Source: an archaeon | Lineage (GTDB): Archaea > Iainarchaeota > Iainarchaeia > Iainarchaeales > 0-14-0-20-34-12 | Length of the DNA: 32,602 nt | Direction: 5' to 3' | NCBI GenBank assembly: GCA_038046645.1 | Contig: JBBSVU010000007.1 | Location: forward strand, 1 to 32,602 | In this document: positions 20,531-29,662 of the stretch, piece after piece | Layout: each line of letters begins with the position of its first letter | Numbering within the stretch: the stretch's first letter is position 1 | The notes under the pieces: generated by a model | Seen by the model: the letters and a program-made list of their open reading frames with translations, nothing else | What the model was told of the DNA's origin: nothing | Database searches by the model: none | Made by a program: the position numbers and the translations under genes

Positions 20531-21751
20531 ATGGGAAAAATATCAAAAGGCAATAACAGGGCATTCGGCTCTATTGAAAAAGCAGTTTCTGACTTGAAAA
20601 AAGGGAAATTAATTATTGTAGTGGATGATGAGAGCAGGGAAAATGAAGGCGATTTGATATGTGCAGGCTCGCTTGTTGACAAGGAAAAGATAAATTTTAT
20701 GTTAAAGCATGGGCGCGGATTAATTTGCGCACCTATTGCAAAAAAAATTGCAGAACAATTTTCCTTAGATCTGATGACAAAACCAAAGGACCCTTTTCAG
20801 ACAGGCTTCACTGTTTCAGTTGATGCTAAAGAAGGCACAACAACCGGGATTTCAGCATCAGACAGGGTAAAAACTATTTCAGTATTGTGTGATGAAAGGA
20901 AAACTGCTGATGATTTAAACAAACCAGGGCATTTATTCCCGTTGCTTGCAAAGGAAGGCGGTGTTCTGCAAAGAGCAGGGCATACCGAAGCAACAGTTGA
21001 TTTATTGAAGATTGCAAAAATGAAACCTGTCGGGGTAATCTGTGAGGTAATAATGCAGAATGGGGAAATGGCTAGGCTGAATGATTTAAAAAGGATGGCA
21101 AAAAAGCACAAATTAGCGCTTGTAAGCGTTGCTGACATTATTAAATACAGGTTAAAAAAAGAAAGCCTTGTTGAAAAGGTTTCAGAAGCGAAATTGCCGA
21201 CAGAGTTTGGTGATTTCAAAGTATTGGCATTTAAGGATAAAATTGCAAATGGCGAATACTTAGCATTAGTAAAAGGCAATATAAAAAAGGAAAAGGAAGT
21301 GATAGTAAGAGTACATTCAGGCTGTATTACTGGGGACATCTTTCATTCATTAAAATGCGACTGCAGAAAACAATTGGAAAATGCAATAAGGATTGTACAG
21401 AAAAGTAATGCTGGAATTATCCTTTACCTGCACCAGCATGAAGGCCGGGGCATAGGGATTGTAAATAAAATAAAGGCATATAATTTGCAGGACAAGGGAC
21501 TAGATACTGTTGAAGCAAATAAAGCCTTGGGATTCTCGGCTGATTTAAGGGAATATGGAATAGGGGCACAAATCCTGAAAGAATTGGGAGTGAGAAAAAT
21601 AAAATTGTTGACAAATAACCCAAAGAAGATTGTTGCCCTTAACGGATATGGCATTGAGATTGTAAAACAGATTCCATTAATTGTGCAGAGCAACAAATTC
21701 AATGAAAAATATCTTGAAACAAAAAGGACCAAATTAGGGCATTTGTTATGA
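20531..21751 (+). CDS. ribBA: Bifunctional DHBP synthase / GTP cyclohydrolase II
   Basis: DDESRENEGD, FTVSVD, TTGISASDR, RAGHTEA, CEV; VRVHSGCITGD..SLKCDC, EGRGIG, LLTNNP. Confidence 0.97.
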   Translation: MGKISKGNNRAFGSIEKAVSDLKKGKLIIVVDDESRENEGDLICAGSLVDKEKINFMLKHGRGLICAPIAKKIAEQFSLDLMTKPKDPFQTGFTVSVDAKEGTTTGISASDRVKTISVLCDERKTADDLNKPGHLFPLLAKEGGVLQRAGHTEATVDLLKIAKMKPVGVICEVIMQNGEMARLNDLKRMAKKHKLALVSVADIIKYRLKKESLVEKVSEAKLPTEFGDFKVLAFKDKIANGEYLALVKGNIKKEKEVIVRVHSGCITGDIFHSLKCDCRKQLENAIRIVQKSNAGIILYLHQHEGRGIGIVNKIKAYNLQDKGLDTVEANKALGFSADLREYGIGAQILKELGVRKIKLLTNNPKKIVALNGYGIEIVKQIPLIVQSNKFNEKYLETKRTKLGHLL

Positions 21752-21814
21752 AATTGCAGGAATATGAAAAAAGTGCGATTGATGCAGCAAAATAAAAAAT
21801 TTTTCTGGAAAGGT

Positions 21815-22423
21815 ATGATTATGGAAAATTTGCCACCAAAGCAGCCTGATGTTGCGGTGTATATCACGCATTCACCTCCAAGAAAAAGAAAAGTCATTGA
21901 TGTTGAAAAGGAAGCTGATGGAAAAACTCGCTTTGAAACATTTGATAAGGGAAAAATACATTTGGATAAAATTGAAAGATTGCTGAGATTTGCCAAAAGG
22001 AATAATCTGCCTGTTTTTTGGGAAAGGATGCATGAAACTACTGATGAACCTGCATTAGGTGAATTATTACAAAAAACAGGCTTCAAAAAAGATGAGATTG
22101 TTTTTTGCCATGGTTCTCCTGAAGATATAAGACGCATGGCAGAAACCCGAAAAATTCGCCCAAAAAGAGTTTTAATTGCAGGCTTTTACGGGGAATGGTG
22201 TTGCAACCTTGCTGCTAATGCACTTGCTTCAGCCTTTCCTAAGGCAGAACTAATTGCAATCAAGGGAGATTTTAACTTATCCATGATGGTTAATTATCAC
22301 AAAGGGCAGACTGTTGCCAGAGAGAAACAGTTAGTTGAAGAATACAGGAAAAGCCTAAAAGAATCCCAAGCAGGAATGGGAATTAAAACCAGAAAACTAA
22401 CAAGGGCTTTGCTGCGCAGGTAA
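21815..22423 (+). CDS. Hypothetical protein, divergent cysteine hydrolase (isochorismatase-like) fold, paralog 1
   Basis: IERLLRFAKRNNLPVFW and RVLIAGFYGEWCC resemble the family; clear similarity to the next ORF. Start uncertain (21764, 21815 or 21821). Confidence 0.55.
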   Translation: MIMENLPPKQPDVAVYITHSPPRKRKVIDVEKEADGKTRFETFDKGKIHLDKIERLLRFAKRNNLPVFWERMHETTDEPALGELLQKTGFKKDEIVFCHGSPEDIRRMAETRKIRPKRVLIAGFYGEWCCNLAANALASAFPKAELIAIKGDFNLSMMVNYHKGQTVAREKQLVEEYRKSLKESQAGMGIKTRKLTRALLRR

Positions 22424-22542
22424 AGCCAACAAGCTAAAAACCCAAACAAGGCAAAAATCAATTCTTTAAATTATACTTTTTTTTGTTAAAATTTTTCTAA
22501 AAACAATTGCTTTTTTTAAACATAGGTAGATTTAGTAAGTAT

Positions 22543-23160
22543 ATGGTTTACACAGGCCCCGTTGTTTTTATTGTGCATTCTCCTTTGCCGCACAGTGAAA
22601 AAGAAGGGGAAAAAGTAGCGCATTTAGCAAAGATGAGAAAGGTAATTGATTTTGCAAATAAAAATAATTTGCCGGTAATCTTTGGGCAAAGAGGAGTAAA
22701 ACATCGGGAAGATTGGCCGCATGGATTTATTTTTGATCTTGATTTAACTACTGCAATATCACCTGAAAACGCAGCAGAATTTAGGGCATTAACCGATGCG
22801 TGTAAAACAAAAAAAGTTATTGTAAGCCTAGCTGAGGATTTTATAGGAAATGAAACAGAAAGTAACCGGTTAACAAGATGGGGAAATGCAATAAAGGAAG
22901 GGCTTAGAACCGCTAAAATAAATCCAACAAAAGTGATTCTTGCAGGATGGTATAGGGAAATCTGCATGAATCGGGCATCAAGGGCATTAAGGGAGTTATT
23001 GCCAAAGGCAGAATTAATTGAATTAATAGGAGATTATTCTTTATCAAAATTAAGGCATTCTAAAGCCGCAAGACAAATGGGGTTTAAGCAAGACCATAAA
23101 ACTGCAAGAAAAGAATTAGGAATAAAAAGAAGGCCTCTTGCAAGGAAAATTCTGGGATGA
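22543..23160 (+). CDS. Hypothetical protein, divergent cysteine hydrolase (isochorismatase-like) fold, paralog 2
   Basis: MRKVIDFANKNNLPVIF, KVILAGWYREICM; TTTTTAAA box about 25 nt before the ATG at 22543. Confidence 0.55.
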   Translation: MVYTGPVVFIVHSPLPHSEKEGEKVAHLAKMRKVIDFANKNNLPVIFGQRGVKHREDWPHGFIFDLDLTTAISPENAAEFRALTDACKTKKVIVSLAEDFIGNETESNRLTRWGNAIKEGLRTAKINPTKVILAGWYREICMNRASRALRELLPKAELIELIGDYSLSKLRHSKAARQMGFKQDHKTARKELGIKRRPLARKILG

Positions 23161-23164
23161 AAAC

Positions 23165-23488
23165 ATGGCATTCACAAAATTAAGGGGTTTAGGAAAAAGA
23201 ATTAGAAGAAATGCCAGAAGATTAAGACAAAAGCTAGCTAACAGGATTGCACAGAAGGGAAGAATAAGGCAAATGCAAACAGGGTTTAAGGATAAAGTAA
23301 ATCCTAAAAATTATGCGTTCCAAGAAACTAAAGAATGGAAGTATGTGGATTCGGGACAATATACTAGACTTGCAAAAGCTTTTGAGAGGAATAATATTGG
23401 TGAGAGGGAGAAGAGAAGGATTCAGGCAGCTGCTGCGTTAAGGGTTCCTCCAACTTATGCTGAAATGAGGAAAAGGTTTGGGTTGTAA
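23165..23488 (+). CDS. Small Arg/Lys-rich hypothetical protein
   Basis: 107-aa ORF from ATG 23165, 4 nt after the upstream stop; purine-rich codon usage like its neighbours. Confidence 0.6.
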   Translation: MAFTKLRGLGKRIRRNARRLRQKLANRIAQKGRIRQMQTGFKDKVNPKNYAFQETKEWKYVDSGQYTRLAKAFERNNIGEREKRRIQAAAALRVPPTYAEMRKRFGL

Positions 23489-23501
23489 GTAACACTTTTA
23501 G

Positions 23502-23562
23502 TGCTCATTGTATTGAGCAATATTGCACATTATTGCTCATTGTGGTGAGCAATGCTTAAATA
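23502..23562 (+). promoter_or_regulatory. Two tandem palindromes TGCTCA-N6-TGAGCA followed by a TATA-like box
   Basis: TGCTCA ttgtat TGAGCA (23502-23519), ATTGCTCA ttgtgg TGAGCAAT (23532-23553), then CTTAAATA (23555-23562). Confidence 0.7.
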
Positions 23563-23569
23563 CTAGTTT

Positions 23570-24847
23570 GTGCATTATTTTATTGTGATTTCAAAGAGTG
23601 TTTTGAGGACAGTGATTGCAGACCAGCTTAAGGAGATGGAGTCTTTAAAGGATTCTGTGCCAAGAACGGTTTTTTCCACTGCTGTTTCTTATAGCGGGGC
23701 TTCTGCTTTTGTTGTCAAGGGAGTGAGAAGATGCGGCAAAAGCACATTGCTAAAGCAGCTGATTAAGGCAAAATTTGAAAACGATTTTTTTTACTTCAAC
23801 TTTGATGACGAAAGAATAGAAGATTTTAAGTCTGAGGATTTTCAGCCACTAATGGAGACACTGATTGAAGCGTTTGGAGAAAAGAAGAACGTCTTTTTTG
23901 ATGAAATTCAGAATATTAAAGGATGGGAATTATTTGTCAACAGGATATTAAGGCAGGGTTACAAAGTTTTCATTACTGGTTCTAATGCAAACCTGTTAAG
24001 CAAGGAACTTGGAACACACTTGACAGGAAGGCATGTGGATTTGGAGCTTTACCCTTTTTCTTTTGCTGAATTCCTAAGAGCGAAAAAAATAGAGGTTCCG
24101 AAGAAAGGAATTTATTCCACCGAGCAAAAAGCCTTGTTTTCAAAGGAATTCAAGGAATATTTTTCGAAAGGGGGAATGCCTGAGGCTGTTGTTTTCTCAA
24201 ACGAAGCGGTTCTAACAACACTACTCACAGACATAATTAGAAAAGACATCTCTGAGAGATATGACATTAGAAAGCCAAGCGAACTGAAAACAGTGTTAAA
24301 ATTCTTAATAGCCAATTCTGCAAACCCTATAACTTACAGGTCTATCAAAAACAATTTTGACATTCAAAGTGCCAATACCATACAAAAATACATTGAATAT
24401 GCTGAAGAAACATACCTTGTCTTCACTGTCCGAAGGTTTGAAAAGAAAATAAAACGATTCGACAAAAACCCAAAAAAGATTTACTGCATTGATAACGGCG
24501 TAATAACAAAAAACACGCCAAGCATTACAGAAAAAAAAGGAGCTCTCTTGGAAAATATGGTTGCAGTTCACCTGAAAAGGCTTGGAAAAGAATTCTATTA
24601 CTTCAAAACAAGAAACAGCGAAGCCGACTTTGTGGTTCCAGCAGAAAAACAAGCCATACAAGTATGCTATGAACTCGACAACAAAAACAAAGAACGCGAA
24701 ACAAAAGGGCTCATTGAAGCAACGCATGAAACCAAAGCAACCAGCGGCCTAATACTAACACTCGAACAAGAACAAGAAATAACAATCCAAAACAAAAAAA
24801 TAATAGTAAAACCAGTTTGGCAATGGCTGCTGGAAAAAGAATCCTGA
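23570..24847 (+). CDS. AAA+ ATPase (AAA_14) with DUF4143 / C-terminal PD-(D/E)xK-like domain
   Basis: Walker A GVRRCGKS, FNFDDER, Walker B FFDEIQ, ITGSN, LTGR, GGMPE, KKIYCIDNG, LLEN, EADF..IQV. True start is probably the GTG at 23585, given the TATA position. Confidence 0.92.
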   Translation: MHYFIVISKSVLRTVIADQLKEMESLKDSVPRTVFSTAVSYSGASAFVVKGVRRCGKSTLLKQLIKAKFENDFFYFNFDDERIEDFKSEDFQPLMETLIEAFGEKKNVFFDEIQNIKGWELFVNRILRQGYKVFITGSNANLLSKELGTHLTGRHVDLELYPFSFAEFLRAKKIEVPKKGIYSTEQKALFSKEFKEYFSKGGMPEAVVFSNEAVLTTLLTDIIRKDISERYDIRKPSELKTVLKFLIANSANPITYRSIKNNFDIQSANTIQKYIEYAEETYLVFTVRRFEKKIKRFDKNPKKIYCIDNGVITKNTPSITEKKGALLENMVAVHLKRLGKEFYYFKTRNSEADFVVPAEKQAIQVCYELDNKNKERETKGLIEATHETKATSGLILTLEQEQEITIQNKKIIVKPVWQWLLEKES

Positions 24848-25039
24848 TGCTTTTCAAGGAAAATTTAAAATTTTAAAACCTAATGAGGGGTTTTAAATGG
24901 ATTATGAAGAGATAAGGAAAATGTTTGGATTGAAATGAAAAAAAGTTACTTTTTGCCCAAAAGTAGCACGCAAGCTTTATGAACTTAATTCTACTTAATG
25001 TTGAATGATATTAACATAAAACCTATTATGTGATTTTGA

Positions 25040-27754
25040 ATGGTTTTCAATCATTTGGAAATTGAGAAGAAATGGCAGGATGCTTGGAAAAAAGAAAAAA
25101 TCTTTGAAGCAAAGGAAGATTCCAATAAGAAGAAATATTATGTTTTGGAAATGTTCCCCTATCCAAGCGGAAAACTGCACATGGGGCATGTGAGAAATTA
25201 TGCAATTGGGGATTCAATTGCAAGATTCAAAAGAATGCATGGCTTTAATGTTTTATATCCAATGGGCTATGATGCGTTTGGGTTGCCTGCAGAGAATGCT
25301 GCAATAAAAAGCAAGGCAGACCCAAAGGAATGGACTTATTCCAGAATTGAAGAAATGAAGGATCAGCAGGAACGCTTGGGATTCAGCTATGATTGGAGCA
25401 GAATGGTAAAAACCTGTGACCCTGAATATTACAAATGGAACCAATGGATATTTCTGCAATTTTTGAAAAAAGGCCTTGTTTATAAGAAAAAAGCGCTTGT
25501 GAATTGGTGCAATTCCTGCGGCACTGTTTTGGCAAATGAGCAGGTTGAAGACGGGAAATGCTGGCGCTGCAAGAATGAGGTTATGCAAAAGGAATTGGAA
25601 CAATGGTTTTTGAAAATAACAAAATATGCTGATGAACTGCTTGAAGATTTAAAAAAATTGGAAGCTGGTTGGCCTGACCGTGTACTAATAATGCAGGAGA
25701 ATTGGATTGGCAAAAGCCAAGGTTTAGAAGAATACTGGCAGGTTGACGGCATGGATTTGAAATTAAGTACTTTTACTACTTGGCCACACACATCGTTTGG
25801 TGCAACATTTATGGTAATTGCCCCTGAACACCCATTAATTGAAAAACTGGTGAAGGACACAAAATATGAAAAGGGTGCGAAAGAGTTTGTTGAAAAATTG
25901 AAAAAACAGAAGCTTGAGGACAGGGTAAATGTTGAAAAGGTAAAAGACGGATTTTTTACCGGCAGATATGTGATTAACCATTTAAATGGAAGAAAAATGC
26001 CTGTTTACATAGCAAACTTTGCGATAATGGATTATGGCACTGGAATTGTAAAATGCACGCCTACGCATGACCAAAGGGATTTTGAATTTGCGGAAAAATA
26101 CGGTTTGGAAAAAGTCCTTGCAATTAAGCCAAAAGATAAAGAAATGAAAGAAAGCGGGATGAAAGAGGCTTACACAGGGGAAGGGGTAATGATAAATGCC
26201 GGGGAATTTACTGGCATGGATACTTTAAAGGCAAGAAAGGCAATTGCTGATTATACAATTAAAAAAGGCAATGGAAAATATGTTACAAATTATAAAATTA
26301 GGGATTGGTTGATTTCAAGGCAAAGGTTTTGGGGCACGCCTATTCCAATAATTTACTGCGAAAAATGCGGGATGTTGGAAGTGCCTGAAAAGGATTTGCC
26401 TGTTTTGTTGCCTGCTAAAGCAGAATTTACAGGCATGGGAAATCCTCTTGACAAGGCAAAAGAATTTGTTGAGGTTAAATGCCCAAAATGCGGGACAAAG
26501 GCAATAAGGGAAACAGACACAATGGATACATTTGTTGATTCTTCATGGTATTTCATGAGGTATTGCTCGCCAAAAGAGGATAGGCAGATATTTGACAAAA
26601 ATAAAGTGAATTATTGGATGCCAGTAAACCAATACATTGGCGGGATAGAACATGCGATCCTGCATCTGTTATATGCAAGGTTTTTCTGCAAGGCATTGCG
26701 CGACCTTAATCTGGTTAAATTTGAAGAACCGTTTGAAAGATTGCTGGCACAGGGCATGGTATTGAAAGATGGGATAAAAATGTCAAAAAGCATCGGGAAT
26801 ATTGTAAATCCCGAAGAGATAATACAAAAATACGGTGCCGATACTGCAAGATTATTTATTTTGTTTGCTGCCTCGCCGGAAAAGGAATTGGAATGGAATG
26901 ATAAAGGGGTTGAATCCTGCCATAAATTCTTGAATAAATTTTACTATATTGTTGAAGAGAACAAGGATAAAATTTTAGATAAAAAAGAATTCAAATTTGA
27001 CATTAAGAAAATGAATTCAAAGGATAAATTTATGCTAAGCAGGGCAAATTCAACCATAAGAAGTGTAACTGAACATATTTTGCTGTTTGATTTCAATTTT
27101 GCAATCCGCGATTTGATGAAATTCATTGATGAATTAAGCAAATATGAAAACCCAAATAAAGAGATATTTTCATTCGGTGTAAAAAATTCAATTTTATTGT
27201 TAAGCCCTTTTGCCCCACATTTGGCTGAAGAATTATGGCAAACTATTGGGCAAAAAGGATTTGTTTCAATTGCAGAATGGCAGATTGCCAATGAAGAATT
27301 AATAGATCCTGCAATGGAAGAGATGCAGAATTTCATTGATGCAATAAGGGCAGACATTATGCACATAAAGGAACTGGCAAAGATTGAAAAGCCGAAAAAG
27401 ATTGCATTATATGTTGCGCCAGAATGGAAATATTATGCATTGCAGGCAATAGCAAAGGCATGCGAAGAAAGGCCTGATTTCAATGCAGCATTAAAGGCTG
27501 TGATGGCCGATAAAAAACTTGAAAATTACAGAAAGGATTTGCCTGCATTAGTGAAAACACTTGTGAATAAAGTTGCAGAGTTAAGGGAAAGAAAAAGGAT
27601 TGATGAATTTACCATACTTGCTGAGGCAAAAGATTCTTTGGCTAAAGAATTTGATTGTGAAATTGCTGTTGAAAAAGCTGATGGTGCGAAATTCGACCCA
27701 GCAAACAAAGCAAAGAATGCTTTGCCGTTTAAGCCTGCAATTTATTTGGAATAA
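25040..27754 (+). CDS. leuS: Leucine--tRNA ligase (bacterial-type core, archaeal-type C-terminal domain)
   Basis: [56 protein letters not shown]-terminus [22 protein letters not shown]. Confidence 0.97.
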   Translation: MVFNHLEIEKKWQDAWKKEKIFEAKEDSNKKKYYVLEMFPYPSGKLHMGHVRNYAIGDSIARFKRMHGFNVLYPMGYDAFGLPAENAAIKSKADPKEWTYSRIEEMKDQQERLGFSYDWSRMVKTCDPEYYKWNQWIFLQFLKKGLVYKKKALVNWCNSCGTVLANEQVEDGKCWRCKNEVMQKELEQWFLKITKYADELLEDLKKLEAGWPDRVLIMQENWIGKSQGLEEYWQVDGMDLKLSTFTTWPHTSFGATFMVIAPEHPLIEKLVKDTKYEKGAKEFVEKLKKQKLEDRVNVEKVKDGFFTGRYVINHLNGRKMPVYIANFAIMDYGTGIVKCTPTHDQRDFEFAEKYGLEKVLAIKPKDKEMKESGMKEAYTGEGVMINAGEFTGMDTLKARKAIADYTIKKGNGKYVTNYKIRDWLISRQRFWGTPIPIIYCEKCGMLEVPEKDLPVLLPAKAEFTGMGNPLDKAKEFVEVKCPKCGTKAIRETDTMDTFVDSSWYFMRYCSPKEDRQIFDKNKVNYWMPVNQYIGGIEHAILHLLYARFFCKALRDLNLVKFEEPFERLLAQGMVLKDGIKMSKSIGNIVNPEEIIQKYGADTARLFILFAASPEKELEWNDKGVESCHKFLNKFYYIVEENKDKILDKKEFKFDIKKMNSKDKFMLSRANSTIRSVTEHILLFDFNFAIRDLMKFIDELSKYENPNKEIFSFGVKNSILLLSPFAPHLAEELWQTIGQKGFVSIAEWQIANEELIDPAMEEMQNFIDAIRADIMHIKELAKIEKPKKIALYVAPEWKYYALQAIAKACEERPDFNAALKAVMADKKLENYRKDLPALVKTLVNKVAELRERKRIDEFTILAEAKDSLAKEFDCEIAVEKADGAKFDPANKAKNALPFKPAIYLE

Positions 27755-27774
27755 AACTAGAAAAAATAATTTGA

Positions 27775-29535
27775 TTAATTAACAGTGCTCTTTACACTTA
27801 TTACTGATTTAACCTTCTTCAAATCAGAAATAAGCACTTCAACTTCTTTTTTATTCCTAACATCAACAAGGAACTCTGCCCTGACATTGTTTTCACCACG
27901 AGGGTCAAACATAGTTACATTCTTGATTGATATACCTTTATTTGCTATAACCCTGGTGAGATCTGCAAGCAGGCCCTTTCTATCAACACAATCAACTATT
28001 ACTGCGGCTGGGAATGTAATATCTATGCGGCTTGTTGGCTTCAATTTAAGATCTTTCATGATTAATTCCTTTACTCTCGGGGATTTGACATAATTAAGCC
28101 ACTCCTCATGGGCAGTAACATTCTTCTTAAATCTGACTTTTACAATATCCCCTGTATCAAGTGACTGCCAGAAAGGTGCGTCTTTCCCATTAACCTTTGC
28201 ACAGCACATCCTTGATGCTTTTTTCGGTTTTAATTTATATGCAAAATCAATAACAGAGGAATGCACTGGCAATCGGATAATTTCCCCTTTTTCAGTAAAA
28301 ACATAAATATGAAGCTCCAAAAAGTCAAGCTTCAATGCATCAACAAAGCTTTTGTCATCCTTCATTAAACTGAAACTTTTCAAATCAGACCATTTCTTCT
28401 TGAGGTTGTTTATTATTGCTTTCTTTTCGTTGAGGATTTTTATTAAGCCATATTTTGTAATGTCATCCATTGCCTTGGTCCTTATCCTGGCCCTTAAAAG
28501 TGAATCCCTGCAAACAATAGTCGTATGCAATCCTGAATAAATCAATTGCGGGGTAGCAATATAATCTCGCATCATCTGCGGAATAGGGTGATACAAGCTG
28601 TGAATTAAGCCTAAAGTAACATAACAATCAGAATTATTTTCAGTAAGGATATTCAATGAGACAAAATCATAAAGCTCATCCTTTGACCTTCCCAATTTGT
28701 ACAATTCACGGTAAATTGAATAATAGGGCTTAGGCTCGTTGGCAAAAGAAATCTTTATCTTGTATTTTTTGGATTCATCTTTAAGTACCTTAATTATGCT
28801 GCTTATCAGCAAGGTTTGTTTTTTTCTTTTAGAATCAGTAAACTTCTTTACTATTTTATGCTCTTTTGGATAGGCATACGGGAAAGAGTAACCTGCCAAT
28901 TGGTCTGCAATTGGGTGCAGGCCAATTATCTGGGCCAAGGGAACATAAATATCAAGTATTTGCATTGAAATTCTTTGCTGCTGTTCTTCAGATAAATGCT
29001 CTAGTGTTGAGGCATTATGCAACTTGTCTGCCAATTTTATAATTAAAATACGTATATCCCGTATTGATGCATTCATCAGTATTTTCAAATAATAAGGATA
29101 AGCATCTTTGCCTTTCAATTCAGACCTTACTGAACGATATTTCAATTTGCTTACGCCTTTAACAAGAGTATAAACAGTATCACCAAAATCAGCACGTAAA
29201 GCATCTTCATCAATATAAGTATCTTCAATAACATCATGCAATAATCCTGCAGCAACAAGTTCTGAATCAGCACCAAGCTCTGCAAGTGTATTTGCAGTGC
29301 CATAAAGATGCACAAAATAAGGTTCTCCAGAAGCCCGTAACTGGCCTGCATGCTGCTTTAGCGCAAAATAATATGCTTTTTTTATAAGGCCTGAATCAAC
29401 TCTTTTTTCCATTTCAAAAAGGTGGTTAATGAATACCATTGGATTCCTGACAAGCTTTAACTCAATGGCATGGTTCTTTCTTACTTTTTGGATAAGAACT
29501 TTAAGTTCATGTGCCCCAAAAATCATATGCGCCAT
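27775..29535 (-). CDS. RelA/SpoT homolog (HD - degenerate synthetase - TGS - ACT)
   Basis: RASGEPYFVH, AGLLHDVIEDT, IKLADKLHN; DYIATP; TGS IYVFTEKG..LP...SVIDFAY..AKVNG; ACT DRKGLLADL. Confidence 0.9.
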   Translation of the reverse strand: MAHMIFGAHELKVLIQKVRKNHAIELKLVRNPMVFINHLFEMEKRVDSGLIKKAYYFALKQHAGQLRASGEPYFVHLYGTANTLAELGADSELVAAGLLHDVIEDTYIDEDALRADFGDTVYTLVKGVSKLKYRSVRSELKGKDAYPYYLKILMNASIRDIRILIIKLADKLHNASTLEHLSEEQQQRISMQILDIYVPLAQIIGLHPIADQLAGYSFPYAYPKEHKIVKKFTDSKRKKQTLLISSIIKVLKDESKKYKIKISFANEPKPYYSIYRELYKLGRSKDELYDFVSLNILTENNSDCYVTLGLIHSLYHPIPQMMRDYIATPQLIYSGLHTTIVCRDSLLRARIRTKAMDDITKYGLIKILNEKKAIINNLKKKWSDLKSFSLMKDDKSFVDALKLDFLELHIYVFTEKGEIIRLPVHSSVIDFAYKLKPKKASRMCCAKVNGKDAPFWQSLDTGDIVKVRFKKNVTAHEEWLNYVKSPRVKELIMKDLKLKPTSRIDITFPAAVIVDCVDRKGLLADLTRVIANKGISIKNVTMFDPRGENNVRAEFLVDVRNKKEVEVLISDLKKVKSVISVKSTVN

Positions 29536-29662
29536 AAAATTCCCGAAAAATAGCCCCCTTACTCTGGCTATTACTTACTTTCTTACTATTATAGATATAA
29601 TATAACAATTAGCCCTTTTTAATTGTTTTTTTAGCGAAAAACAACCTCTGAGTTTATTCTCA

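Noticed and set aside
20797..21339. 180-aa antisense ORF, and the other short nested ORFs in the track
   Set aside because: All are nested in confidently identified genes and have no independent signals.
21424..22137. 237-aa antisense ORF over the ribBA end and paralog 1
   Set aside because: Overlaps two better-supported + strand genes; its Phe/Ser/Leu-rich composition is typical of a reverse-complement shadow.
21752..24940. Integron-like cassette array
   Set aside because: No shared attC-like repeat between the co-oriented orphans and no integrase in the window.
27492..27513. TAAA...GCCGATAA resembling a sigma-28 promoter
   Set aside because: Inside leuS, with wrong spacing (10 nt rather than about 15).
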